NCBI RefSeq assembly: GCF_006345805.1
Contig: NC_043013.1
Location: forward strand, 55,924,001 to 55,988,000
Length of the DNA: 64,000 nucleotides
Direction of reading: 5' to 3'
DNA from: Octopus sinensis
Lineage: Eukaryota
In this document: one piece after another, positions 39,012-51,800 of the stretch
How the letters are laid out: every line of letters begins with the position of its first letter
How positions within the stretch are numbered: the stretch's first letter is position 1
The notes under the pieces: generated by a model
Told to the model about the DNA's origin: nothing
Database searches by the model: none
Seen by the model: the letters and a program-made list of their open reading frames with translations, nothing else
Made by a program: the position numbers and the translations under genes

Positions 39012-40194
39012 CACACACATATATATTCATACATACACACACACACAGGGACACACATATTTCATAAGACACTAACACCCTACATATATACACATATATT
39101 GCATACATACATTATATCCTTTATATCAGTTTAACCTAACAATTTGTTTTTATTTTCTGCCATTGTTTTATCACTAAATGATGGGACCAATGTCTCAGGA
39201 CATAGCCCCGTGATTAGTGCATTGGTTTTATGAGTCATTGCATCATGTGCTCAGTTCCTGGACCAGTGCATCATATCCTTAAGCAAGGTTTTTCATTTCA
39301 TGCTGTTCCAATCTGCTCAGCTGTGACTAAGTACCAGCTGGGTGCTGGTTTAGTTCTTTTCCCTTGCAGCTGCCACACCTTGGGTGTGCCATTGGCTCAT
39401 GGGTGAAAAAGCCAAGAAGATGCTTCCATTTATGACTTCATAGGCACCTGAAGCATTTAGTGAAAGCATGGCATAGGTTATGAAGCCAAACTCATAGGTG
39501 ACAACTGATTGTACTTTACTGTTGGCTGTACTTTACCGTTGACTGTACTTCAGTGCTATGTAATGCTTCCCTAGTTGTTTGACTGACTGCTTATTAGTTT
39601 AAACTAAAATTCTGCACTGAAATGTAAGTCTTCAAAGTATGGCTCTTGTGACAATTTTGAAAATCTGTGAAACTGGTGAAGAGAAAGTGGGGGTCAATTA
39701 CCTGACATTAACGAGTCGGTTTCATTGAAAATGGAATAACAGAGGAAACTTTAAAAGTTTGGTTTTTGTTCAGAGATTCTAGCAACACCTGAGAGCAGAT
39801 ACTCTAAGTCTCTCTCACCGACTTAAAGTCAGACAGCTATTGTGATTAGTAACGTAAGTTGAGCTCAGAGTAATATATTCAAGGAATAATTATAGACAGA
39901 AGAATTAAAAGATATAACTATTGAAGTAAGCAAGATGTATATTAAAGAGAGGGAGAGAGAAGAAGGTGAGAAGGAAGAAAGAGGGAAGAAAAGGAGAAGA
40001 AAGAGACGCAATGTTTCTAATATATGCAATTAAATTCAGACTATATTCACAAGATAAAAATCACGGAGGGTGTTGAAGATAATTAAACGACTGGAAAGAG
40101 ATCAGTCAAAAAGAATTGCCAGAAATTTACAATATTTTTTTATCTTTCTTCCTCTTTTATTTCTTCCTCTTTCTCAGGATGCTTCATCTCTTGA

Positions 40195-40570
40195 TCATAC
40201 ATACATACATACAGTACATTATATACACACACATACATACGATACCATAAATACATACATACATACATATATACATACACGCACAAACACATAAATACAT
40301 GCATATATACATACATACAGTTCATTATATACACACACATACATACGATACCATAAATACATACATACATACATATATACATACACACACAAACACATAC
40401 ATACAGTTCATTACATATACGCACATACATACCATACCATTTATACATACATGCACAAACATACATATATACATGCATACACACATAGGTACAAAACATA
40501 CCCACATACATATTTACATATATACATACAGTTCATTACATACACACATACATGCCATAAATACATACAT
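40195..40570. repeat. Microsatellite-derived minisatellite (about 4 units, 86-125 bp)
   Basis: Anchor acagt(t/a)catta at ~40211, 40317, 40403 and 40528, followed by (gat)accata-like motifs. Confidence 0.7.
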
Positions 40571-41261
40571 ACATACACACGTATATAGATATACATACAT
40601 ACACACATACATATTTATATATACATAAATGAATACACACACACACATTTATATATACACATAAATATAATCACACATACTAACACACACATGCACATAT
40701 ATATATCTATAAATGGACACATATACATATATATGTATGCATACAAGTGAACATACATGTATCTGTGTGTGTCATATTGGTGTATGAGTTTATGTGTGTT
40801 GTATGTGCATGCGTGTGTGTGAGTGTGCTGCTGCTTCAGTGATTAATGGTAACTATGTGTTTCCTGATGTTTGGTGTTCTTCAGAAGAAGATTAAAAGTA
40901 AGGACATACCAGTTGAGGTTTACTCCATGATCTGGAGGTACAGACTATTTGTGATGGCTCAATCGCAAACAGAATCCCTTTGGACATGAGAATTTTTCCA
41001 GCTTCATATATTTTTTACTTAAAGAATTGTAATAATGGCATGTCAATGGAGAATGTCTACCTCAAGTATTTTTACCAAAAAAAGATTCTCCGTATTTGTT
41101 TAGTAAAACGATTATCTCCATGATATTTCATTCCAAAATCACATTTTTGCTGCTATTGTTTTGCCATTCCAAGAATAAAAACAATTTTAGGTGCTGTGAT
41201 ACAGAAATTGAGTCATTGTAAGGATGCTATCCTAACAAAACAAATCAAGAAAGACAATAAA

Positions 41262-41283
41262 TAACAACAACAACAACAACAAC

Positions 41284-41377
<94 letters not shown>

Positions 41378-41378
41378 G
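41262..41378. repeat. (AAC)n(AAT)n microsatellite
   Basis: Direct reading. Confidence 0.97.
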
Positions 41379-42320
41379 TAAAATAAATTATAACTAAAAA
41401 TATTTTCTAAACCAAAATGGAATCATTCTCCAGCTTTTCCATTTGGATATGACATTGATGTATTTCTTCAATCCTTTAATTATTTTTTTATATTTTCTTC
41501 GTTTCAATAAAAATTGGTCTAAAGAAAATCCCTTACAACAGGAAAAAACATCAGCGACTAAGAAAAGCAAAAAGGAATAAATGTTATCATTTTTTTTTTA
41601 CTCTTGCCATGATCACCCACGATGAGTGAACAAAATACCAAGTTAAAATTAATAGCCTATCTTTGAACAAACAATGAGATTTTCATGTTGTGTAGCATTC
41701 CTTCTTTACCACTTTTTTTTTTTCATTTTACTCTCTTTTTCTCTGTTTCTTTTTTATAATAATTATTATTATTATTGCTATTTTTTTTCTTATTCTTGCT
41801 TGCAATTATATTACTGATATTCATGACTGTCGTGACAGAAATTGCAACTTCCACAGGCTTAGCAAAATCTGGGATAATCACAACAAAAATCTGTAACTTA
41901 ACACACAACAATAACACAAAGACATAAATAAAATAGAGTTAAATAAAATAAAACAAAACAAACATTTTAAAATCTATTCTCCTGTCACAATGGCAGAGTA
42001 ATTACAATCTGATTCTTTTGATAATTTTATGTTGTTCATTTGTCATGAATCATAAAGCCCCATGGTGTTCTTTTACAAACCCTTTCTCTCTCAGGTTTTG
42101 CTATTAAATCTCCATTATATTATATGTCAATTCTTTAAAACAAGGAACCTGTTGAAAATAAAGACTGATGAAGGCAGAAGAAGAAGAACTGTTGAACGGC
42201 TGATCTTAGAATGGTGGAATTCACGAGAGAGATGACAAAGGACTGCGACAACTAGTAACGATGCTGTGTTGGAGAAAACCCCCATCTGACCTAGAGACAA
42301 ACAGACATAAAGATGTTGAT

Positions 42321-42355
<35 letters not shown>

Positions 42356-43082
42356 AAATCCTTTTCCAGTTTCTTTCATGTTTTTAAATCTATTCTGAAT
42401 ACAGATGAACCCTCCTTCTCCCCATCATTATTATCCCAATCCTCCCCTCCTCCTCCTCGTCATCATCATCATCATCATCATTAAAATGCCAGCAGCATTT
42501 TAATGTTTACTTTCCATGTTTGTATAGGTCAGATGGAATTCACTGTAGAAGATTTTCTACAGCTGGATGCCCCTCTTGGCACCAACTCTCACCTGTTTTT
42601 ATGCAAGACAGTTTTTCCCTATGTTTTTCATGGAAGATTCTGAGATTTTAGTCTTATATTTGTCTGCATGTTTTTTGATCATTCACAAAAGAACTCCTTA
42701 TTTAAGAGACCGTTTCTGTTTTCAGACCACACATTTGGGTTATCTCTATTTCTAGATCTTTATTGTTGTTGTCTTTCACCTTGCTGAATAGACTTCAGTA
42801 AATGACCCAGCCAATTGTCAACCATCTGCAATTATTCCACTTAAACCAAAATCTATAAAAGCCTCACCTTCCCAGAAGCACCAACAATTCTTTCTTGGAG
42901 TATTATGAGTACAGTTTAAAGCATTGTTTTTGTTCAACAGTCAGACCAGCTCTGTTTAAGAGGGCCTATCACTGAAAGACATTCCAGCCATGATCATCCT
43001 GATGTTTTGATTTAGATGTAGTGTATCTTGTAACATATTACCCAATGATTCTTTCCTTCAATATATCAGAGAGTAATTGTAA

Positions 43083-43290
43083 GGAGGTGAGGCGGCAGAT
43101 TGTTAGTCTGCTGGGCAAAATGCTTAACAGCATTTTATCCATTTTTATGATCTGAGTTCAAATTCTGCCTTGGTCAACTTTGCCTTTCATCCTTTTGGGG
43201 TCAATAAAATAAGTGCCAAAGCAGAAGTCGATATAGTTGATTTATCCTCCCCTAAAATTTCTGGTTTTGTGCCTAAATTTGAAACCAATA
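43083..43290 (+). mobile_element. Family B SINE
   Basis: ggaggtgaggcggcagattgttag...tctgagttcaaattctgccttggtcaactttgcctttcatcc. Confidence 0.75.
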
Positions 43291-45099
43291 TATTAGGGTG
43301 TAATCTGAAGGAGATTTGACTTTTATTTTTAACTTTCTCAACAAATGTTTAAAGGATTCGTTATTTGAGAAACAGTGAAAGTTATTGATGAAACTGCTGT
43401 CACTTAGAATATATTGACAGAACAATTCACAGAACAGACTTATAAACATTATTACCTGGTCAAGATAAAAGTCCTGTTATGTATTTCATGTTCATAATTA
43501 GTACAATAAAATTTCGAAGGCTCATTAGAGGATATTCAAGATAACGAGTAATTATAAATCCACTGGAATGAATTTTCCTCTGTAATGTCTCTGCTATCCA
43601 TAATTAAGATGGAACTATATCTCTGTTTGAAAGGAATTCAAATACAGGCTTATAAAACTTCAAATGGTTCATCAATTAACCGGAATTTAATTAAATAATT
43701 CCTGTTAGAACTAGAAATGTGGCAGAACAATGAACCAGATTGTTGACACTGTGTCTACATTTTGTTTTTCTAATTAGAACAGAGATAAGGTTTGTCTAAA
43801 TTTATGGTTAAATTAGTTTCAAATGTATGTGAAAGTATTTCACTTGATCTATGTTAGACTCAATGCTTTGTGTTTAGTCTCAGGTTAATTCCTATCAAAC
43901 AGATATAGGACTAAACAAGTTCCAACCAAAGTCATCCTGTTTTATATTCAGACACAATAAATCTTGGGTAATATTCCACATTATGCTTCTTTTTAAGACA
44001 TGATAGATTGAGATTCGGAACAGTTCGCTGCTATTTCTAGCGTATCAAGTGACTACATAGAATTTCTTTTACTAATTGTTTCTATATAAGCATTCACTTT
44101 ATTTTTTAAAAAAATTTTTATCAAGAAATATTTTTACACAATTAACTCCTGTTGATGCCTCGATTGAATTTCATTATTTCTATGTGGTTGGTAAGCAAGC
44201 TACTAACCACACAGCCACACCTGCACCTATATATATATACAAATAAGAAAATGGAAGAACAAATTCATTTCGATCATCAACTTACAGATATTACCATCTC
44301 ATATTATTTATTAACTATATAAATAGGAACACCAAAATCGAACAAAACAATATACATCACTATGCAAATTAATAATACCATAAGAATAATACAAATAAAA
44401 TTGTCCGTACAGCTGTTTCAGCTAATAGTTAAAAGTATGTCATTCTGCCTATATTAGTCAAATGTATTGAGGTAATATGCAGTTGAAAATGAGGTACTTA
44501 TATATATATTGGATAACTGATATCCCATAGTGGGTTACCCTCATAGCCCCTATCTTACTTTGTACTATATATATATATATATATACATAATTAGGATAAA
44601 ATCATTATTTAATGATTTATCAGTGGTCACTATACATAATGGTTAATGGTTAATAAATATTAAATTAATAATTACAGCAATAATTACAGCACCCTTATTA
44701 TAATTTTAATTCATATCACATAGCCACTTTTCTATTCCCTAAAATTTGTCTTTCTCAGATTTTTCAAACCTACTTTTTTGGTCTCTCATTAAACCACGAT
44801 TAGCAGACCCTCTTCCTAGTTAGAGGTGCGCCCGCCCTCCCACCCCTCCACCTGTACTGGAAGTTCCTATCCTTTGCCATCTTTGGGTTGCCTCCCATGA
44901 ATACTGCAAAAGGCATTTCGCCATCCCCACCCCCAGTCTCGGCCTATCTCCTATGTAAGGTAATGATCATATAGTGCAAAATATGAAAGGGTAGTGTTAT
45001 GCAGGTTGAACTGAAGGCTACTCTATTGCTTGCTCATGAATTCTACCAAATGTGAGTTTTCTTTTCAAGTACATGAAGCTACTGTCACCTGTTGCAAGG

Positions 45100-48000
45100 T
45101 CTCTAGGGCCCATACCTCCCACACTGAAAGGTGGGTCTGGCGAGATTGTTGAGATGCTTGAACGGAGATGTGTCGACGTATGTTGCATCCAAGAAGTGAG
45201 GTGGAGATGAGGTTCTGCTAGGTTCCTCACAGGCAAAGAACACAGGTACAAGATTTTCTGAGCAGGGAACACTGACGGGGTTGGGAGCGTGGGTATGCTT
45301 CTCGCTGAAAAATGGGTAGATAAGGTAATTGAGGTAATCAAAGTGTGCGACAGAATACTTAAGATTAGATTAATGCTTCATCATGGATTAGCAACCATTA
45401 TATCGGACTGTCCCTCAGCCAGGGCTACCCAATGGACAGAAAGATCGATTCTATGACACCCTACTGCAGACTACCTCATTGACGAATGAAAGAGACCTTC
45501 TCTTTGTGGCTGGTGACTTCGATGGGCATGTTGCACAACATGCTGGGGGCTTCCATGGTGTACATGGAGGCTACAGTTATGGTTCCCGCAACGAGGAGGA
45601 AACCAGGCTGCTGGAGTTCTGCGATGCAAATGATCTTATGGTTTTCAACACTAACTTCAGGAAACCTACCAGCCACCTAGTCACCTACCAATTGGGCCAA
45701 CATACCAGCCAAATTGACTACATCCTTACAAGGCAAAGGGAGAGATGGCTGCTTATAAATGCCAAAACCTTCCCAGGTGAAGAATGTACCCCACAACATA
45801 GACTGGTAGTTAGTGACTTTAGGATCAGGACTAAGAGGACGACCAGAAGACGACCAACATGAAGAAGAAGGGTCTGGAAGCTTAAAGATCCTGCGAATGG
45901 ACAGAAATTTAGGGCCATATTAGTTGAAGCCTTTGAGAAAATAGAAGGGGATATAGCTTCACATGGGGTAGAAGACAGCTGGAGGTTTCTAAGGGACAAC
46001 CTGCTGAGAGCTACGAACCAGATCTGTGGCTGGTGCAAAGTCCCCTCTCGACTCAAAATAACGTGGTGGTGGAACAGTGTTGTAGACAGAGCTATTAGAG
46101 AAAAGAGACAGGCTTGGAAATACTGGAAGAATGGTGGTAGCAGGGAATTGTATCAGACTGCCAAAAGGGAAGCTAGGAGACAGGTCTATTTAGCCAGAGG
46201 GGAAGCAGATAAGAAAAAATTTGCCAATGTTCTGCGCCGTGAGGACCAAAGACTTGAGGTATTTCGTGCTGCAAGACAGTGTGTGAGAGAGAATCATGAT
46301 GTTGTAGGAGAGAAATGTGTTCGCATGGATGATGGTTCACTTGCACTAAATGAGGATGCAAAGAGAGAGGTTAGGAGATGCCACTATGAAAGGTTGCTGA
46401 ATAAAGAAAATGAATGGGATAAAGAGAGTCTGCCAATTGTCGACCCAACAGAGGGACCAGCTATCTGAGTTGACATTAACTTGGTAGTTAAAGCAATTAA
46501 GAGTATAAAGACAGGGAAAGCCCCTTGCTCATCAGGAATTACTGCAGAGATGCTCAAAATATCTGGCACTGTCGGCATTAGCCTGGCCATCCGTATAGTT
46601 AACCAGGTGACACACGAAGGAGTCATACCCAATGACTGGTGTAACAGCACTATAGTCAATTGCTACAAAGGAAAAGGTGACGCTTTAGATACAAATAATT
46701 ACAGAGGTATCAAGCTGTTGGATCAGGTAATGAAGGTCACGGAGAGGGTCATAGCCCAACTAATTTGGGAAAGAGTCAGTTTGGATTAGATGCAGTTAGT
46801 TTCGTGCCAGGGAAAAGCACCACTGATGCTATATTTATGGTTAGACAGCTGCAGGAGAAATACTAGCCAAAGATAAGCCCCTGTACCTAGCTTTCATTGA
46901 CATGGAGAAAGCCTTTGACAGGGACCCCGATCCCTTATCTGGTGGTCAATGAGGAAACTAGGGATAGATGAATGGTTAGTGAGAGCTGTGCAAGCCATGT
47001 ACAGGGACACTGTCAGTAAGGTGAGGGTTGGCAACGAGTACAGTGAAGAATTCTGGCTAGAGTTAGGGGTCCACCAAGGTTCAGTCCTATTATCATAGTC
47101 CTCCAGGCAATAATGGAGGAATTCAAGACAGGATGCCCCTGGGAGCTCCTCTATGCTGATGACCTTGCTCTAATTGGTAAGTCACTAACAGAACTAGGGG
47201 AGAAGTTTCAAGTGTGGAAACAAGGATTAGAATCGAAAGGCCTTAGAGTCAACCTAGCTAAAACCAAAGTCCTAATAAGTAGGAAGTCAGGCAAACCACA
47301 AATCCCTTCAGGTAGATGGCCCTGTTCAATCTGTAGAAAAGGCGTTGGTAGAAACTCTATAAGATGTACCCAGTGTAAGCTATGGACACATAAGAGGTGC
47401 AGCAATATCAATGGAAGGCTAACTTGGAGGCTAGTTTTTGTATGTGGCAGATGCTCGGTCGCTAAAAATAACACTGAAAATGTCCAGAGAACAACTTCCG
47501 CCACATTCCAGGGAGAAAAACTAGAAGTAGTTGATAGCTTCTGTTACCTAGGTGACCAAGTCAGTAGCAGGGAGGGTGCACTGAAAGTGTAGCTGCTAGA
47601 ATAAGAATAGCCTGGGCTAAGTTCAGAGAGCTCTTACCTCTGCTGGTGACAAAGGGCCTCTCGCTCAGAGTAAAAGGTAGAATGTATGATGCATGTGTAT
47701 GAACAGCCATGCTACATGGCAGTGAAACATGGGCCGTGACTGCTGAGGATATGCGTAAGCTCGCTAGAAATGAAGCCAGTATGCTCCGATGGATGTGTCA
47801 TGTCAGTGTGTATACTCGACAGAATGTAAGTACCTTCAGAGAAAGGTTGGACCTAAGAAGCATCAGATGTGGTGTGCAAGAGAGACGATTGTGCTGGTAT
47901 GGTAATGTGGCGAGAATGTATGTCGATAGCTGTGTGTAAAAATGCCACACCCTAGTTGTTGAGGGAACCTGTTGAAGAGGTAGACCCAGGAAAACCTGGG

Positions 48001-48686
48001 ATGAGGTGGTGAAGGATGACCTTCGAACATTGGGCCTCACCGAGACAATGACTAGTGACCGGAACCTCTGGAAATATGTTTTGCTGCAGAAGACTCGGCA
48101 AGCGCAGGTGTGACCATAACCTTGTGGCCTATGCTAGGGGGTAACCAGTCCACTTATAGGTGCCTTTTCTTCATTGGACACTAAACTCTGCTTGCGGCGG
48201 CCAGTTGAGGTAAGCGAAATCGAAGTCGAAATCAAACTCTGTGACTGGCATCCGTTGCTAGTGGAGCGCTAAGAGTACCATATGAGTGAGATCATTGCCA
48301 GAGCAACAAGCTGGCCTCCGTGCCGATGCCATGTTAAGCACACCATTCAACTGCGATCGTTACCGTGTCGCCTTACTAGCACTTGTGCTGGTGGCATGTG
48401 AAATATTCAACCAAGGTCGTCGCCAGTGCCGCTGGACTGGCTCCTGTGCAGGTGGCACGTAAAAAGCACCATTTGGGCATGGCCATTGCCAGTACCACCA
48501 AACTGACCCTTGTGCCAGTGGCACGTAAAAGCACCCACTACACTCTCGGAGTGGTTGGCATTAGGAAGGGCATCCAGATGTAGAAACTCTGCCAGATCAG
48601 ATTGGAGTCTGGTTCGCCAGACCTCAGTCAAATCGTCCAACCCATGCTAGCATGGAAAGCGGACCTTAAATGATGATGATGATGAT
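45100..48686 (+). mobile_element. Near full-length decayed RTE-clade LINE (APE endonuclease + RT + PHD-like finger), many stops/frameshifts, (GAT)n tail
   Basis: APE motifs CIQEVRW, VAGDF.GH and SQIDYIL...DHRLVV (ORF 45479-45862); NNYRGIKLL (46481-46789); LYADD (47113-47592); LHGSETW (47709-47939). The 3' end aaatgatgatgatgatgat is at ~48669-48686. The 5' boundary is approximate. Confidence 0.93.
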
Positions 48687-48764
48687 CCATAAATGTAATA
48701 TGTGACAATTATTCGGTAGCCATGATAAAACTAAGTATATACTATATATATATATATACATATA

Positions 48765-48817
48765 TAAATTTAAATTTAAAATGAGGGTGAGAATTGGATA
48801 TTAATTTAATCAATCAA

Positions 48818-48822
<5 letters not shown>
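48765..48822 (+). repeat. Left copy of ~57-bp inverted repeat bracketing the ribozyme array
   Basis: tataaatttaaatttaaaatgagggtgagaattggatattaatttaatcaatcaaata is the near reverse complement of 57570-57630. Confidence 0.85.
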
Positions 48823-48868
<46 letters not shown>

Positions 48869-48871
<3 letters not shown>

Positions 48872-51800
48872 TAAGCAATAAGGGTTCAGCAACGAATTGC
48901 CTTACCACATACCGAATTTAGAAATAGCAGTCAAAGGGTTATAGCTATTTCTTCTACTAAAAAGGGAGATCTCAGTAAAAACAGCAATTGGAAGGCTGAC
49001 ACAAACAGGTAAGAGAGAATGAATTAACCGCAATCTATCAAACATTTTTAAAAGTTATCCACGGACGTACGTTTCGAAATCAAGTTTTAGGAAAGCATAA
49101 GAATTAAAATATTAAATATTAAATAATTCTATCTTACCGAAACTTCTTTTCTCTTCAGCGTGGAATACTATAATCATAAATGATTATATATTGAATTTTG
49201 AGATACTAGGAGGTACCAACTCAACTCAGTATCAGAGCGAGCTAGAATCCTCAACTAGTATCACCGAATTCAAATTTGTGAATGAAACGATTGTGTCAAC
49301 AGCCCCTTCCCACCCGCGTGTAGCCAAAACAAGATGCTGTAGTCATCTACTGAGATAAAATATGGTTATCCGTAATAATGAAGGGTGAAATTAATTAATT
49401 TGGAATAATTATCAATTACACCAAGTAGTCTTCGGCATGTAAAAGCCTCATTTGAGGAAAATTTAAGTAATACTAAGCAATAAGGGTTCAGCAACGAATT
49501 GCCTTACCACATACCGAATTTAGAAATAGCAGTCAAAGGGTTATAGCTATTTCTTCTACTAAAAAGGGAGATCTCAGTAAAAACAGCAATTGGAAGGCTG
49601 ACACAAACAGGTAAGAGAGAATGAATTAACCGCAATCTATCAAACATTTTTAAAAGTTATCCACGGACGTACGTTTCGAAATCAAGTTTTAGGAAAGCAT
49701 AAGAATTAAAATATTAAATATTAAATAATTCTATCTTACCGAAACTTCTTTTCTCTTCAGCGTGGAATACTATAATCATAAATGATTATATATTGAATTT
49801 TGAGATACTAGGAGGTACCAACTCAACTCAGTATCAGAGCGAGCTAGAATCCTCAACTAGTATCACCGAATTCAAATTTGTGAATGAAACGATTGTGTCA
49901 ACAGCCCCTTCCCACCCGCGTGTAGCCAAAACAAGATGCTGTAGTCATCTACTGAGATAAAATATGGTTATCCGTAATAATGAAGGGTGAAATTAATTAA
50001 TTTGGAATAATTATCAATTACACCAAGTAGTCTTCGGCATGTAAAAGCCTCATTTGAGGAAAATTTAAGTAATACTAAGCAATAAGGGTTCAGCAACGAA
50101 TTGCCTTACCACATACCGAATTTAGAAATAGCAGTCAAAGGGTTATAGCTATTTCTTCTACTAAAAAGGGAGATCTCAGTAAAAACAGCAATTGGAAGGC
50201 TGACACAAACAGGTAAGAGAGAATGAATTAACCGCAATCTATCAAACATTTTTAAAAGTTATCCACGGACGTACGTTTCGAAATCAAGTTTTAGGAAAGC
50301 ATAAGAATTAAAATATTAAATATTAAATAATTCTATCTTACCGAAACTTCTTTTCTCTTCAGCGTGGAATACTATAATCATAAATGATTATATATTGAAT
50401 TTTGAGATACTAGGAGGTACCAACTCAACTCAGTATCAGAGCGAGCTAGAATCCTCAACTAGTATCACCGAATTCAAATTTGTGAATGAAACGATTGTGT
50501 CAACAGCCCCTTCCCACCCGCGTGTAGCCAAAACAAGATGCTGTAGTCATCTACTGAGATAAAATATGGTTATCCGTAATAATGAAGGGTGAAATTAATT
50601 AATTTGGAATAATTATCAATTACACCAAGTAGTCTTCGGCATGTAAAAGCCTCATTTGAGGAAAATTTAAGTAATACTAAGCAATAAGGGTTCAGCAACG
50701 AATTGCCTTACCACATACCGAATTTAGAAATAGCAGTCAAAGGGTTATAGCTATTTCTTCTACTAAAAAGGGAGATCTCAGTAAAAACAGCAATTGGAAG
50801 GCTGACACAAACAGGTAAGAGAGAATGAATTAACCGCAATCTATCAAACATTTTAAAAGTTATCCACGGACGTACGTTTCGAAATCAAGTTTTAGGAAAG
50901 CATAAGAATTAAAATATTAAATATTAAATAATTCTATCTTACCGAAACTTCTTTTCTCTTCAGCGTGGAATACTATAATCATAAATGATTATATATTGAA
51001 TTTTGAGATACTAGGAGGTACCAACTCAACTCAGTATCAGAGCGAGCTAGAATCCTCAACTAGTATCACCGAATTCAAATTTGTGAATGAAACGATTGTG
51101 TCAACAGCCCCTTCCCACCCGCGTGTAGCCAAAACAAGATGCTGTAGTCATCTACTGAGATAAAATATGGTTATCCGTAATAATGAAGGGTGAAATTAAT
51201 TAATTTGGAATAATTATCAATTACACCAAGTAGTCTTCGGCATGTAAAAGCCTCATTTGAGGAAAATTTAAGTAATACTAAGCAATAAGGGTTCAGCAAC
51301 GAATTGCCTTACCACATACCGAATTTAGAAATAGCAGTCAAAGGGTTATAGCTATTTCTTCTACTAAAAAGGGAGATCTCAGTAAAAACAGCAATTGGAA
51401 GGCTGACACAAACAGGTAAGAGAGAATGAATTAACCGCAATCTATCAAACATTTTTAAAAAGTTATCCACGGACGTACGTTTCGAAATCAAGTTTTAGGA
51501 AAGCATAAGAATTAAAATATTAAATATTAAATAATTCTATCTTACCGAAACTTCTTTTCTCTTCAGCGTGGAATACTATAATCATAAATGATTATATATT
51601 GAATTTTGAGATACTAGGAGGTACCAACTCAACTCAGTATCAGAGCGAGCTAGAATCCTCAACTAGTATCACCGAATTCAAATTTGTGAATGAAACGATT
51701 GTGTCAACAGCCCCTTCCCACCCGCGTGTAGCCAAAACAAGATGCTGTAGTCATCTACTGAGATAAAATATGGTTATCCGTAATAATGAAGGGTGAAATT

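Noticed and set aside
42115-42290. Minus-strand acceptor followed by the open frame MGVFSNTASLLVVAVL...
   Set aside because: No good donor, a stop shortly after, and no recognisable homology. The CTGATGA at ~42164 on the plus strand has no matching GAAA or stems for a hammerhead.
44810-45100. HDV-like ribozyme at the RTE 5' end
   Set aside because: I could not assemble the nested double pseudoknot pairings by eye; not supported without a covariance or descriptor search.
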